From: a virus
Lineage: Duplodnaviria > Caudoviricetes
IMG/VR virus record: IMGVR_UViG_3300042837_000038
Coordinates: 1-55,003 of that record
Reading direction: 5' to 3' (one strand)
DNA length: 55,003 nt
Below, piece by piece: positions 7,931 to 17,116 of this stretch. The translations under genes were made by a program, and so were the position numbers. The notes under the pieces are model-generated. The model was not told where the DNA came from and searched no databases. It saw only the letters and a program-made list of their open reading frames with translations. Positions within the stretch are counted from its first letter, which is position 1. Each line of letters begins with the position of its first letter.

Positions 7931-8217
7931 ACAGGGTATGCCGTGCCCATATCGAAAAATGATACACCACCTGAATGTCCAGTTTGATGTGATTGCCATG
8001 TAGCCTCCAAGCCGGGGGCGCATTCCTGGGAATAGGAAATATGGGTTACAAGCTAGTAGGCTAGCAGTGTCGGCGGAACGGACTCGCCAGACACTGGTCT
8101 AGTCCAGTCTGGATCATGAAACGGATGGCCGATACACGTGAGTGGATCATGGTATGACAGGCGAGGCCTGGTGTAGGATGGGGGGATGAAGGAGCTGGAG
8201 GAGGGGCAAGAGCTGGA

Positions 8218-8388
8218 ATGAATCATGTAGACAGAAGGATATTTGCACTGAGTACAAGAGCGTTGCAGGAGGAGTTGTGGTTGAACGACGAAGGGAACAT
8301 CACGCATGACAGTGGCAACTACGTACGTCTGGGCAGTTTCATCTATTGGGAAATTAGACGCCAAGTAACAGAGAGGAATAAACAGTGA
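8218..8388 (+). CDS. Small divergent protein (56 aa)
   Basis: MNHVDRRIFALSTRALQEELW...; stop overlaps next GTG. Confidence 0.55.
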   Translation: MNHVDRRIFALSTRALQEELWLNDEGNITHDSGNYVRLGSFIYWEIRRQVTERNKQ

Positions 8389-8774
8389 GAGCCTGGTATT
8401 CGCTCCTCACCGGAATCATGATCTCCGGGATCTTCTTGATCTTCCTGGGTCTCAGTAACACCCTCCCGCCCACCGGCTACCCATCCGGCGCGGAGGAGCC
8501 CCTTGTGGCCGCCACCCCCAAAGCCACAGGAGCCCCCGTTGGCTCGGACGGTACCTGGGTGGTGGGCCGGGAACTGAAGCCCGGCACCTACACGACCCGG
8601 GTCCCTGGAACGGACCGCTGCTTCTGGGTCCGGCTATCCGGGTTCGGGCTCACCATGGAGGAGGTCCTGGCCGTAGGTACCGCCGAGCGGGGACAGCGGC
8701 TGTCAGTCAGAGTGCTAGCCACCGACAGGGGCTTCGAATCACACGGATGTGGAACATGGAACCGCACCGGCTGA
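8385..8774 (+). CDS. Membrane-anchored/secreted actinobacterial protein
   Basis: N-terminal TM; DGTWVVG..LKPGTY...CFW.RL...FESHGCGTW pattern. Confidence 0.8.
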   Translation: MRAWYSLLTGIMISGIFLIFLGLSNTLPPTGYPSGAEEPLVAATPKATGAPVGSDGTWVVGRELKPGTYTTRVPGTDRCFWVRLSGFGLTMEEVLAVGTAERGQRLSVRVLATDRGFESHGCGTWNRTG

Positions 8775-8914
8775 TCTCGGACGTTTTTTTCGTGTCGGTA
8801 ATTACGGCAGTTCATTGCCGGACGGCATATGTCGTGGACAAGGCGCTTGTGCCGCTGGGGGGTCACAGCATCCACCTTGTCGATTATGTCAAAACACGGG
8901 ACTGGTTGCGATGA
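8756..8914 (+). CDS. Small divergent protein (52 aa)
   Basis: MEPHRLISDVFFVSVITAVH...; ATGA overlap with next gene. Confidence 0.45.
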   Translation: MEPHRLISDVFFVSVITAVHCRTAYVVDKALVPLGGHSIHLVDYVKTRDWLR

Positions 8915-9123
8915 AAAGAATCGACCATCAGATACTGAAAGCAGTGGCGGACCCCCTGCTCCATTCGACCCTGCCCCGGTATGGTGCGCGTGTTCCCCGG
9001 GTCCCTATCCGGCGCATTGTGTGGCAAGGCACCGGCTTTAACAATCAACCGGAAGGGTGCGTCTGTGACTTGTTTAATTCACCGAGACATTCAACAACTC
9101 TTGATCGGAGCAATAATAGATAA
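8911..9123 (+). CDS. Small divergent protein
   Basis: MKRIDHQILKAVADPLL... Confidence 0.5.
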   Translation: MKRIDHQILKAVADPLLHSTLPRYGARVPRVPIRRIVWQGTGFNNQPEGCVCDLFNSPRHSTTLDRSNNR

Positions 9124-9250
9124 CAGAACAACGGTGTCCAGGATGGCGTACGGGCCGGTCCTCCGTTCGGTCCGGAATCTGAGCGACGGGCTTGACCGTC
9201 CGATTAACGGACTTATCGTAATCGACCTCCAGGGGAGGATCCTCCGATGA
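9065..9250 (+). CDS. Small divergent protein
   Basis: GTG start after GGAAGG; ATGA overlap with 9247. Confidence 0.5.
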   Translation: MTCLIHRDIQQLLIGAIIDNRTTVSRMAYGPVLRSVRNLSDGLDRPINGLIVIDLQGRILR

Positions 9251-9456
9251 TCAACGATCTTGGTGATGCACGGCGGGCCCGAAAAACGTGGCTGCCCCCT
9301 GACGATCGTGACGTCACCAATGGCCTCGTGTATGAGGACCAGCACGGCAAACCAGCCTGCCGTGATCACGGTGCGATGAACCGTGTCGATTCGGTCAATC
9401 GGTTCTATCGCTGCTCCGAGCAGCGATGTGGAGTAGGGGCCCAGGTGATCTTGTGA
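9247..9456 (+). CDS. Small zinc-finger-like protein
   Basis: CRDHGAM...YRCSEQRCG; GGAGG RBS. Confidence 0.7.
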   Translation: MINDLGDARRARKTWLPPDDRDVTNGLVYEDQHGKPACRDHGAMNRVDSVNRFYRCSEQRCGVGAQVIL

Positions 9457-9461
9457 ATTCC

Positions 9462-9737
9462 ATGACGACTCAGTACACCGTGAGCTTGCTTGCCGAGGAG
9501 CACACTGACTATGATAAGTATGCGGTCAAGGTAACTAGGGTCCGCGTCAACCCGGAACAGTGGGAAGTATCCACCATGGGCAACTATCTGGGCAGGCACC
9601 TGGAAGCGTGGGAGTTCCGCCCACGCACCATCGTCCAATCCACCTGGGACACCCGACAAGCCGCGCTCGACGCAGCCACCCAGATCGCACCATACGTGGA
9701 GGTCAACGGCATACTTGCCATAGACGTGGAGCCCTAA
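9462..9737 (+). CDS. Hypothetical protein
   Basis: MTTQYTVSLL...; tiles within operon. Confidence 0.7.
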   Translation: MTTQYTVSLLAEEHTDYDKYAVKVTRVRVNPEQWEVSTMGNYLGRHLEAWEFRPRTIVQSTWDTRQAALDAATQIAPYVEVNGILAIDVEP

Positions 9738-9937
9738 TGCAACTAACGATGACCATCATCGTCACCACCTGGTTGATCCTGGTCCCAGGCCACTCCCTAG
9801 CAACCCGGTACTTGGAGCGGCGGTACGGATTCTGTTCCCGGTGCCGGCGCCCCTACCCCGATCACCCGTCGAAACCCCTACACCAACGGGAACGACGCCA
9901 ATGGAAGAAGATCGTAGATCGGGAGAGCCAGTCATGA
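9737..9937 (+). CDS. Small membrane protein with CxxC
   Basis: TAATG overlap; TM segment then CSRC. Confidence 0.6.
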   Translation: MQLTMTIIVTTWLILVPGHSLATRYLERRYGFCSRCRRPYPDHPSKPLHQRERRQWKKIVDRESQS

Positions 9938-10170
9938 TCCAGGAAGGCTGGGTCAGTGTCCTGGCCCTATTCGCCATCGGCTCCCTGCTGCTGTCACTGC
10001 TGCTCGGAGTGCTAGCACTGCGGGTCCTGTGGGCACGGCCCCAACCGCAAATCCAGGTTCAGGCCAGGCGCCGGCACCGGGCTACCCCCCAGGTGGTCCG
10101 TCACCCGCAGGAAACCCAGGTCCAGGAGCCGGTGACCCGGTCCTACACGCTAAGGAGGGTACTGCCATGA
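9934..10170 (+). CDS. Small membrane protein
   Basis: Leu-rich TM segment; ATGA overlaps. Confidence 0.65.
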   Translation: MIQEGWVSVLALFAIGSLLLSLLLGVLALRVLWARPQPQIQVQARRRHRATPQVVRHPQETQVQEPVTRSYTLRRVLP

Positions 10171-10559
10171 AGTCCCCAGGACCGTGGGCCAAACAAGCCC
10201 GGTGCCGGCGCTCCCCGGCGAACCCTGACGTGAACCCGGAACTGTGGGTCCACGAGCACCCCGGCAACTCCCATAACGGATGCGACCACCGGGAGGCCGC
10301 GCACCTGTGCCGATTCCATTGTCCCGTTCAATCCGAATGTTTCGAATGGGCTAGCGAAAGCCCACGCCGCTGGCAAGGAATGGTTGTGGGCGGACACCTG
10401 TGGCTGAATGTCAGACTGGGGAGGCGGATGATTCAGTCCACCATTCTTCCCCCTCCGCCGGAATGTCATTCATGTGGGATTCGGGCTTTGCCCGTCCGTG
10501 TCGTTTCAGATACGACGCGTCTGAGCGCGCTTCTCGACATGGTAAACAGCGGCAGTTGA
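10167..10559 (+). CDS. WhiB-like transcription factor
   Basis: W..QARC...PELW...AAHLCRFHCPVQSECFEWA...GMVVGG (four Cys plus GVWGG-like turn). Confidence 0.8.
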   Translation: MKSPGPWAKQARCRRSPANPDVNPELWVHEHPGNSHNGCDHREAAHLCRFHCPVQSECFEWASESPRRWQGMVVGGHLWLNVRLGRRMIQSTILPPPPECHSCGIRALPVRVVSDTTRLSALLDMVNSGS

Positions 10560-10776
10560 AGTTGGTGTAAGCATTGTCCGAGCCGTGTCGTGGGTCTTCC
10601 GGGGCCAGCGACGCGGCTCGCCGCTTCTTGGCCATGTCCCGGACATAGTCGGAATGTATGCGTGTGCATTCACCACACTTGCACTTCAGGTTCGAGTAGC
10701 CGTTGAGGGATCCGTGGCGGCGGTCTCCTGGACCGATCCGACACTTATCTGATCTACATCCACAGGGTTCTGCCAT
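10411..10776 (-). CDS. Zn-binding protein with two HGxxxxYxxxxCxCxxC repeats
   Basis: RHGSLNGYSNLKCKCGEC and RHGSDNAYTNFNCRCLPC; TATCAT 6 nt upstream of ATG. Confidence 0.75.
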   Translation of the reverse strand: MAEPCGCRSDKCRIGPGDRRHGSLNGYSNLKCKCGECTRIHSDYVRDMAKKRRAASLAPEDPRHGSDNAYTNFNCRCLPCREARSDASYLKRHGRAKPESHMNDIPAEGEEWWTESSASPV

Positions 10777-10792
10777 AACACCATGATACACC

Positions 10793-10821
10793 GGAGGGGG
10801 CCCCGGCCTGGGACCCCCTCC
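10793..10821. terminator. Putative intrinsic terminator hairpin
   Basis: GGAGGGGGCCC...GGGACCCCCTCC downstream of the leftward replication operon. Confidence 0.6.
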
Positions 10822-10852
10822 ATTAACTCGTCGCCGAAAGCAGGCTAACGCG

Positions 10853-11659
10853 TCATGAGCGCTTGCGCCACGACGGCAGCTTCCGGGCCCGCAGACCGAC
10901 GTTGTACGCGTCGGTGATGATGTCCGCAACGGCCATCGGAGCCCGGACCTTCTTCGCCGACTTCCAGGTACGCATCTGGACCGTCAGACCCTCAGGACCG
11001 CCACGCCAGTTCTTCAGCACGTCGATGAGCCGGTCCAGTTCGATGCTCGAACCGTACTCACCAAGGAACCGACCGATACCCTCCATGATGGGACCCTGCA
11101 CCCCGTGCCGGTCCTGACCCCAGGCGCTGTTGATGACCAGGACGGTGAGCTGCACCAGGTTCGGGTCAGCCTCGATCTCCTGGGACAACTTGTACACGCG
11201 CTCCAGGGCGGCCACGGCGTTGATGTTGCCGTTGCCGACCGTTCCGGTGACCGCGAAACCGTACGGCTTCACGATCTCGTTGATAGCGATCGCCACCTCA
11301 TCACCAGCCGTGACCCGGACCTTGTACTTGTCCACGTACCGGGGCTTGGTGGTGTTGTTGAGGGCCAGGAACATCATCGCCTCCTGGAGGAGGGTGAGTC
11401 CCGTGAACACGCGGCAGTAGACGCTGCCCATGGCGCCGGTGACCCGACGGACAACCTCGACCCGGTGCTGGCCGTCGACGATGATGTTGCTGCGGTCCTT
11501 GCGACGTGACACGGTGATGGTCCCGACCGCGTCGGGGTTGAAGTTCTTCACCATGGTGCCGACCTTGTTGGGGTCCAGCGGGCGCTGGATCCTGGAGTCG
11601 GTGTCCAAATCGGACACAGCGATTTCAGCGTACGTCGAATCGAATTGATTAGTGTCCAT
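10853..11659 (-). CDS. ParB/Srx-like protein (DUF6551-like)
   Basis: IQRPLD, GTITVS.R, IVDGQHR, EAMMFLALN motifs. Confidence 0.85.
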   Translation of the reverse strand: MDTNQFDSTYAEIAVSDLDTDSRIQRPLDPNKVGTMVKNFNPDAVGTITVSRRKDRSNIIVDGQHRVEVVRRVTGAMGSVYCRVFTGLTLLQEAMMFLALNNTTKPRYVDKYKVRVTAGDEVAIAINEIVKPYGFAVTGTVGNGNINAVAALERVYKLSQEIEADPNLVQLTVLVINSAWGQDRHGVQGPIMEGIGRFLGEYGSSIELDRLIDVLKNWRGGPEGLTVQMRTWKSAKKVRAPMAVADIITDAYNVGLRARKLPSWRKRS

Positions 11660-12465
11660 TACCTGGTCTGCGCCTCTCTGATACGTGCTCGGACAGCTCG
11701 AAGGGTTCGGGCCACCTTGTTGTATTCCCGTTCCCATCGATCCAGGTCCTCTGTGGACAGACCTGGATCCAGTTCACGGGGCAGTGTTTCCAGCTTGCGA
11801 CCGAGAATGAGCAGTGGACCGATGCTGGCATCCAGTAGCTCTCTCTGCTCCTTGAGGGTGTTGATTTTGCCCTTCTCCAGGAGCCTGGTCTGAATGAAGC
11901 CACGACCCTGGTAGGGAGTCCACAATGAACCGTCCATTTTGGACCGTGCGGCTTCCGCTAGAGATCTGCGGATTTCCGGATCGTTGATCCGGTGTGGTCG
12001 GTACACGTCCACACACCCCTGCAACCAGCCCGAGGAGGGTAGGTTCAGGACTGCGGCGACCGCCTCCCGGGCCCGCTCCGTCTTGAGGAGCCCCTTGCGG
12101 GATTCCCCTCGGGAACGTCCCCGTTGGATGACGGCGAGCCGGCTCCAGATCTGATCCTGGAGGGCGGTGAAGATCTCGTACACCGTCCGGGGGTGGGGTC
12201 GGCGACCATCGGCGTGCATGTGCCTCAGGTAGTCCAGGGAGTCTTCCAAGGTGTCTGACACGGTCACCTTGACCAGCTTGATCCCCTGGTCTTGGGCAAC
12301 CCTCCAGCGCCGGTACCCGTCGATCAGGTTGTACTCGTGGTCGACGAGCAGGGGCTCCAGGATGCCCTTCTTCAGGATGGACTTTTCCAGCTCCACCAGG
12401 CTGTGTCCGGGAACGAGGGTTCGTCCCCTCACCTTCACCTTGTCAACTGTGACAAGTTCTTCCAT
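11659..12465 (-). CDS. ParB N-terminal domain protein
   Basis: LEKSILKKGILEPLLVD...LIDGYRRWRVA. Confidence 0.8.
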   Translation of the reverse strand: MEELVTVDKVKVRGRTLVPGHSLVELEKSILKKGILEPLLVDHEYNLIDGYRRWRVAQDQGIKLVKVTVSDTLEDSLDYLRHMHADGRRPHPRTVYEIFTALQDQIWSRLAVIQRGRSRGESRKGLLKTERAREAVAAVLNLPSSGWLQGCVDVYRPHRINDPEIRRSLAEAARSKMDGSLWTPYQGRGFIQTRLLEKGKINTLKEQRELLDASIGPLLILGRKLETLPRELDPGLSTEDLDRWEREYNKVARTLRAVRARIREAQTR

Positions 12466-12529
12466 GGTGCTCCTTCCCGTGTGCATCTATTACTACGATA
12501 CACGGGGGAAGCCCAGGATGCAAACTTCC

Positions 12530-14971
12530 CTAGGGGAAGTTCTGAAAACTTCCGAGAATGCTAGATGTTGGGGATCTTTGTAATCCATACACATGACCTT
12601 GATCCATACGTACATCCGCACCCAGGGCGGTGGTCAGACGGTTCATGAACCGGCGATGACCCAGCCCGCGCTCCCCCGAGTCCTTACACCAGAGCGTGTA
12701 CATGCCGTACAGCTCCACAGCCCGGATCTGACCGTGCGGCACCACCTGCAAGGTCCCGATGTCCTGCGTGTCCGCGATGAACCGGCTCACCGAGTCCGAC
12801 TGGTTACGGAACTCCTTGCCGCTCGTAGTAACCGTCTCAGGTTCCATGAGTCCACTCTCCTGGTAGTCACGGAGCCCAGCGAGGAGCCAGTTCAGGATCC
12901 CGTTGGCTTCCGGGATCAGGATGTTCCGGGCCATGTCACTGATCTCGCCAGGACCAAAGAACGAGTTTACCAGCGGGATCAGTTTCGCTCGACGCCAGAT
13001 CGCATCATCGTCCGAGTTGAACTTGGGGGGGAAGTTCGTTGCCAACCAGATCGTACATTCCGGCGTCCACTCCTGTGGCAGTTCGTACAGATCACGTGAA
13101 GACACCCGATCCCGGCCGGTCAGTCGTTTCAGTAGTTCCTCATCGAACGTGGTTGTTTCCGCTGTTTCACTACTCGCCACGAACCGCTTTCCCCTGAGGG
13201 TGTGAAGCTCCGGACTCGGGCCACCCTCCTTACCCTTAGCTCGGAAGGCACCCGTCGCTGCGGTCATCCCGTAGTCCCCGAACATGGCCCGCATGGTTTC
13301 CAGGAACGTCGACTTACCCGTACCGGACGGGCCGTGCAGGATGAACAGTGCCCGCTGATCGTTCACCGAGGCCAGGGAGTAGCCCAGGACCCGCTGCACA
13401 TACTTGCGGACCTGCTCGTCTGGCAACATCTGCCCAATGAACCGCTCCCAGTTGGGGCATGTTGCCGAAGGATCGTAATCGGCCGCGAACTGTCGGGTGA
13501 TCAGGTCCTGCGGTGAATGCGGGAGAAGCTCGTGATTCTTGAGATCAAGGGTGCCGTTGCCCAGGTTCAGTAGCCACAGGTTCCGGTCGAACTCCTCGGC
13601 CCGTTTCGTCATGCCGGGGATGGCCTTCGCCAGGGTCATCGCCGCCTGGATCCGGGACGCGGACTGGGAATTCAAGCCCCACTTGGCAAGTTTCTCATCG
13701 TCCAGGCGTACACCGTGGTCCACCATCTTCTCGGTCATGTCCATGACCTCGCGGGTTAGGGCTCCCGAGTAGTCCTGTTCCCACTTCTTTCCGGTCCAGT
13801 ATCGGTTACCCTTTTCTTCATGTACCCAGTGAAAGAGTCCTTTGACGGTGGGCCGGTCCGCCAGTCGGAGCGCATTACCGAGATCCGAGAAGCTGTAGGA
13901 ACGGTCCGCTGGGACAGCGTCGGGTGTGCCTTCGTCAACGGGACTAGAATCGGTATATCTGAACTCTTCGATGGTCTGGCGTTGGGGCAAAAGTTGCAGT
14001 TTCTGCAACGCGGCCTTTATATCCCCACCATGATCGCTGTAGGCGACGAACTCAAACGGAGTGTAGTACCGGTCGGAGTCAACTCCCGACGAGGTGGAGA
14101 AGACGTATAGGCGCCCCGACCCGTCGTGGTCCAGGGTGGCTGAGATCCCATCCCTGGCCTCCTTGCCCGGCCGCACCCAACTACGGGCACCGGCCGGCGT
14201 CCACCCCCGCTCACGCAGCAACGTCGGGAAGTGCTGGCCCTGGTCCCACTCGTCCCACAGGTGCCCGGTCCCCGTCACTGACCTGGGGAGGTTGGGTGTG
14301 ACAGGAACCGGGAGCACCTCAGGCATCCGGTCCAAAGCCATCCGAACCGCCCGATGGATGTTAACCCGCGTCTGCCAGTACATGGTGACTATGTCGCCAT
14401 ATTCACCACGAACCTTCAGCCACTGCCGTCCCGTGGGGTGACAGATCCCCGGGGTCGGGGCCACGATCACATAGCCGCCCTCACCCCGCGTCTCGGCGAG
14501 CACCTTGATCCGGTCGTCGGGGTTCGTGTGGAGCTCATCCATCGTCGCGGGTCGCCGGGCGACCTTCTCGTTCCCGGGAACCTCCCGGTCATAGATACGG
14601 TAGATGAAGTGCAGGCCGCCGTTGGGGGACTCTTCTGTGTACGCCGACGAGATCAGCTTCAGCCACGCGTCCAGGCAGCCCAACTCGGCGGCGGCGGTCT
14701 CGATCGCCATGAGCGAGTCCGGGTCACAGGCCCGGCCTTCCAGCTCCAGCATTTCCAGGTTCCCGGAGATCCGACCCATGATCAGGGCCAGTCCGTACTC
14801 GTGTCCGTTACCCCACCAGTGGTCCATCTCCCCGAACTCGGGAAGCCTGATCTGGTAGTCACCCCACTTCACCGCAGGGCGTTTCGTGCCCCCGGGGAGA
14901 ATCGGAATGGTCGATACCCCTGCCTCGTGCCAGATCCTCGCGACCTGTGCTACGGTGGGGCCTGAGTTCAT
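12530..14971 (-). CDS. Bifunctional primase/polymerase fused to D5/P4-like SF3 helicase
   Basis: SPNGGLHF, ETRGEGGYVIVAPT (prim-pol); DLGNALRL, NLGNGTLDL (D5_N); GPSGTGKST Walker A; DDAIWRR. Confidence 0.95.
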   Translation of the reverse strand: MNSGPTVAQVARIWHEAGVSTIPILPGGTKRPAVKWGDYQIRLPEFGEMDHWWGNGHEYGLALIMGRISGNLEMLELEGRACDPDSLMAIETAAAELGCLDAWLKLISSAYTEESPNGGLHFIYRIYDREVPGNEKVARRPATMDELHTNPDDRIKVLAETRGEGGYVIVAPTPGICHPTGRQWLKVRGEYGDIVTMYWQTRVNIHRAVRMALDRMPEVLPVPVTPNLPRSVTGTGHLWDEWDQGQHFPTLLRERGWTPAGARSWVRPGKEARDGISATLDHDGSGRLYVFSTSSGVDSDRYYTPFEFVAYSDHGGDIKAALQKLQLLPQRQTIEEFRYTDSSPVDEGTPDAVPADRSYSFSDLGNALRLADRPTVKGLFHWVHEEKGNRYWTGKKWEQDYSGALTREVMDMTEKMVDHGVRLDDEKLAKWGLNSQSASRIQAAMTLAKAIPGMTKRAEEFDRNLWLLNLGNGTLDLKNHELLPHSPQDLITRQFAADYDPSATCPNWERFIGQMLPDEQVRKYVQRVLGYSLASVNDQRALFILHGPSGTGKSTFLETMRAMFGDYGMTAATGAFRAKGKEGGPSPELHTLRGKRFVASSETAETTTFDEELLKRLTGRDRVSSRDLYELPQEWTPECTIWLATNFPPKFNSDDDAIWRRAKLIPLVNSFFGPGEISDMARNILIPEANGILNWLLAGLRDYQESGLMEPETVTTSGKEFRNQSDSVSRFIADTQDIGTLQVVPHGQIRAVELYGMYTLWCKDSGERGLGHRRFMNRLTTALGADVRMDQGHVYGLQRSPTSSILGSFQNFP

Positions 14972-15044
14972 GTTTCCTCCTTGTCAGGGAAACATCCTGA
15001 TCCTTAGGTTCTATTGGAACCAGGATCAACAGTTTCACAGTTTA

Positions 15045-15079
15045 TGAGGGGCCACCGGAGGCGATGCCGGTGGCCCTCA
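15045..15079. terminator. Putative intrinsic terminator hairpin
   Basis: TGAGGGGCCACCGG...CCGGTGGCCCTCA. Confidence 0.6.
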
Positions 15080-15118
15080 CTATAGGCCCGTTTGAGCCGA
15101 CGGCCCAGTGATCGCCAC

Positions 15119-16291
15119 CTAGAACGGCGGTTCGGCAGGTTGTGCCAAATTGGGGGCCGGAATGTTGTGGGTTTTACGCAACGAATCCAGGGTGGCGTTG
15201 TGCTCGTGCTGCTGGGCCAGCCGCTCCGTCACCTGCACCGGCTCCAAGGTCATCCCTTGCTGGGCGAACATCTGAATCACATCCCCCACGCTTGGTGGCG
15301 GTGGGAGTGTAGACTGAGGGGATGGATAATTTACCCCCGGAATGGGCGGGGACCCGAATCCAGCACCAGGTCCAGTACCGGGTCCAGCGTGAGTGGGACT
15401 GGATGGGACCACCGTGGGATATTCCTGCGATTGACCTCCCGCTGGCGAGGCGGGGGTGGCAAATCCACCAGCGGCTTCACCGTGAGGAGCAGTAGATGGA
15501 AATGGAGTTGTCTGCCACCCAGCGTTGGGCTCACTCGAATGATGACCTGGCAGACCGGATTGAACTGGCCGTCCAGGTGAAGTGGGAGGGGGACTGGCGA
15601 GTGGAGTTTGACCCGGTGCCGACGTTTGACCTCCCTGATGCGTCATGGCTGGGAGTGGAGCACCATTTCCAAACTGGGGGTAACTAGATGGTGAACCATG
15701 AGATTGAGTCGGCATGCTCGGCGGAGCTGAGGTCGGGGTGGGTCCTGGCACAAAGCCCCCTGGCCCTTGAGCCGTTGTGGGGTATGGGCCTGACGAGCCT
15801 GCCGAATACCCTGCTTGAAGCTCTTGCGGACCGCCTTGACGGCTGGTCTGCTGTGGCGCGGTCCGGGTGAAGTTCGGATTCCACTGACCCCAGGTGTGGG
15901 CCTTCTGACTCACCGAGGGGTCACCCATCACGTTCGTCACGGTGAACGGGTTTGGTGCCTGACCGCCGGAGAGTCGGATCACGATGGGTCCACGTCCGAT
16001 GAACGGGCGCAACTTCCCGATGATGGAGCCGGCCCGCCACCAGTAGTTGTGCTCCACCAGCCCCCAGTGGGTGTTGTCGTCACTGGGTAGGTCCAGGTCC
16101 ACGACGTCCACCATGATGGCGTCAGGGGCCTTGCCATCGGCCCGGGGCATGCCACCAGGGGCGTCGGGGATGTGCTCGTTCACGAAGACGATCAGGTTGT
16201 GGCCCTGGGCCGCCAGGTTCTTCGGAGTGAAGTGGGCCCTGCGGGGATCGGTTTCCTGTTGCTGTGGCTGATCAGAGTACGACTCGAACAT
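15119..16291 (-). CDS. Putative ssDNA-binding protein with long Pro/Gly-rich tail
   Basis: Folded N-terminus (DAIMVDVVDLD), low-complexity tail ending EPPF; lies between Cas4-like nuclease and primase. Confidence 0.6.
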   Translation of the reverse strand: MFESYSDQPQQQETDPRRAHFTPKNLAAQGHNLIVFVNEHIPDAPGGMPRADGKAPDAIMVDVVDLDLPSDDNTHWGLVEHNYWWRAGSIIGKLRPFIGRGPIVIRLSGGQAPNPFTVTNVMGDPSVSQKAHTWGQWNPNFTRTAPQQTSRQGGPQELQAGYSAGSSGPYPTTAQGPGGFVPGPTPTSAPPSMPTQSHGSPSSYPQFGNGAPLPAMTHQGGQTSAPGQTPLASPPPTSPGRPVQSGLPGHHSSEPNAGWQTTPFPSTAPHGEAAGGFATPASPAGGQSQEYPTVVPSSPTHAGPGTGPGAGFGSPPIPGVNYPSPQSTLPPPPSVGDVIQMFAQQGMTLEPVQVTERLAQQHEHNATLDSLRKTHNIPAPNLAQPAEPPF

Positions 16292-16296
16292 GTTTC

Positions 16297-17067
16297 CTAC
16301 TTTCCTGGGCATCCTTCGTCGGACGCTCCCTGTTCCAGTGACAACCTGAAGTTGTAGTACGGACAGTACCCACAGTCGTGTGACGGTTTCGCGTCCACCT
16401 GCTCCCACCGGTGCGGGTTGTTGATCACGTCCAGTTGGATCAGTTGATGCTCGATGATCGGGAGCTGGTCCAGGGACCGGAAGGCCCGGGCCCGGTCGTA
16501 GTCCTCGACCCAGGCGACCACGTCTTTCAGCCGTCCCGCGCGTGGATAGAATACCAAACCTACCTTGGTTACGGTATACCCAAGCAGCTCGTATCCCAGA
16601 CCATAAATGTTTACTTGGTTAATGTACTTTTCCGGTGGTCCTTGTTTTATCACTTCCGTCATACGATCCTTGCCGGCTGACTTGTGGTCCACCACCCATC
16701 CCCGACCCACATGAAACAGGTCCCCGTGGCCGGTGAGTTGCTCCGTGAATGGCAACTCCACCTCGGTCCGCCAGTTATGGTCCCGGTGCGCGATGGCCCA
16801 CCCTTTCACCGCCTGCTCCAACCACATGTGAATGCCCGTACCGACGATGGCGGGCCATGGATCGGCTCCCTCGTTGATGACCGGGATCCTGGCCATCCGC
16901 ATCCCGATGGCCCGCTTGCAGCCACTGCTTATTTCCGAGGGCCCCAGGTTCGTCTGGAGCGTGCGGGGTGACCGGGAATCGGCCCACTTGATGATCTCCG
17001 TCATCTCGGCCTTCAACAGGTCCGCCTCGGGGCTGGAATTAGGGTCACCGAAATGTTCGAACATCAT
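16297..17067 (-). CDS. Cas4-like / RecB-family PD-(D/E)xK exonuclease
   Basis: GPSEI..C, GTGIH, GHGDL, VDHKS, QVNIYG, CGYCPY...GCPG (Fe-S Cys). Confidence 0.9.
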   Translation of the reverse strand: MMFEHFGDPNSSPEADLLKAEMTEIIKWADSRSPRTLQTNLGPSEISSGCKRAIGMRMARIPVINEGADPWPAIVGTGIHMWLEQAVKGWAIAHRDHNWRTEVELPFTEQLTGHGDLFHVGRGWVVDHKSAGKDRMTEVIKQGPPEKYINQVNIYGLGYELLGYTVTKVGLVFYPRAGRLKDVVAWVEDYDRARAFRSLDQLPIIEHQLIQLDVINNPHRWEQVDAKPSHDCGYCPYYNFRLSLEQGASDEGCPGK

Positions 17068-17073
17068 CCAGTG

Positions 17074-17110
17074 ACTCTATTCCCCCCGTGTGACGAAACC
17101 TGTTTAGACT
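17074..17110. promoter_or_regulatory. Divergent leaderless promoters for replication and packaging operons
   Basis: TAGAGT (- strand, 17074-17079) and TAGACT (+ strand, 17105-17110), each 6 nt from a start codon. Confidence 0.65.
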
Positions 17111-17116
17111 GATCAT

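Noticed and set aside
15119-15900. Low-complexity region as a non-coding repeat array
   Set aside because: Explained by the Pro/Gly/Ser-rich tail of the SSB-like CDS
16297-17067. Cas4-like gene as part of a CRISPR system
   Set aside because: Solo Cas4-like exonucleases are common in actinophage replication modules; no cas1, cas2 or array nearby
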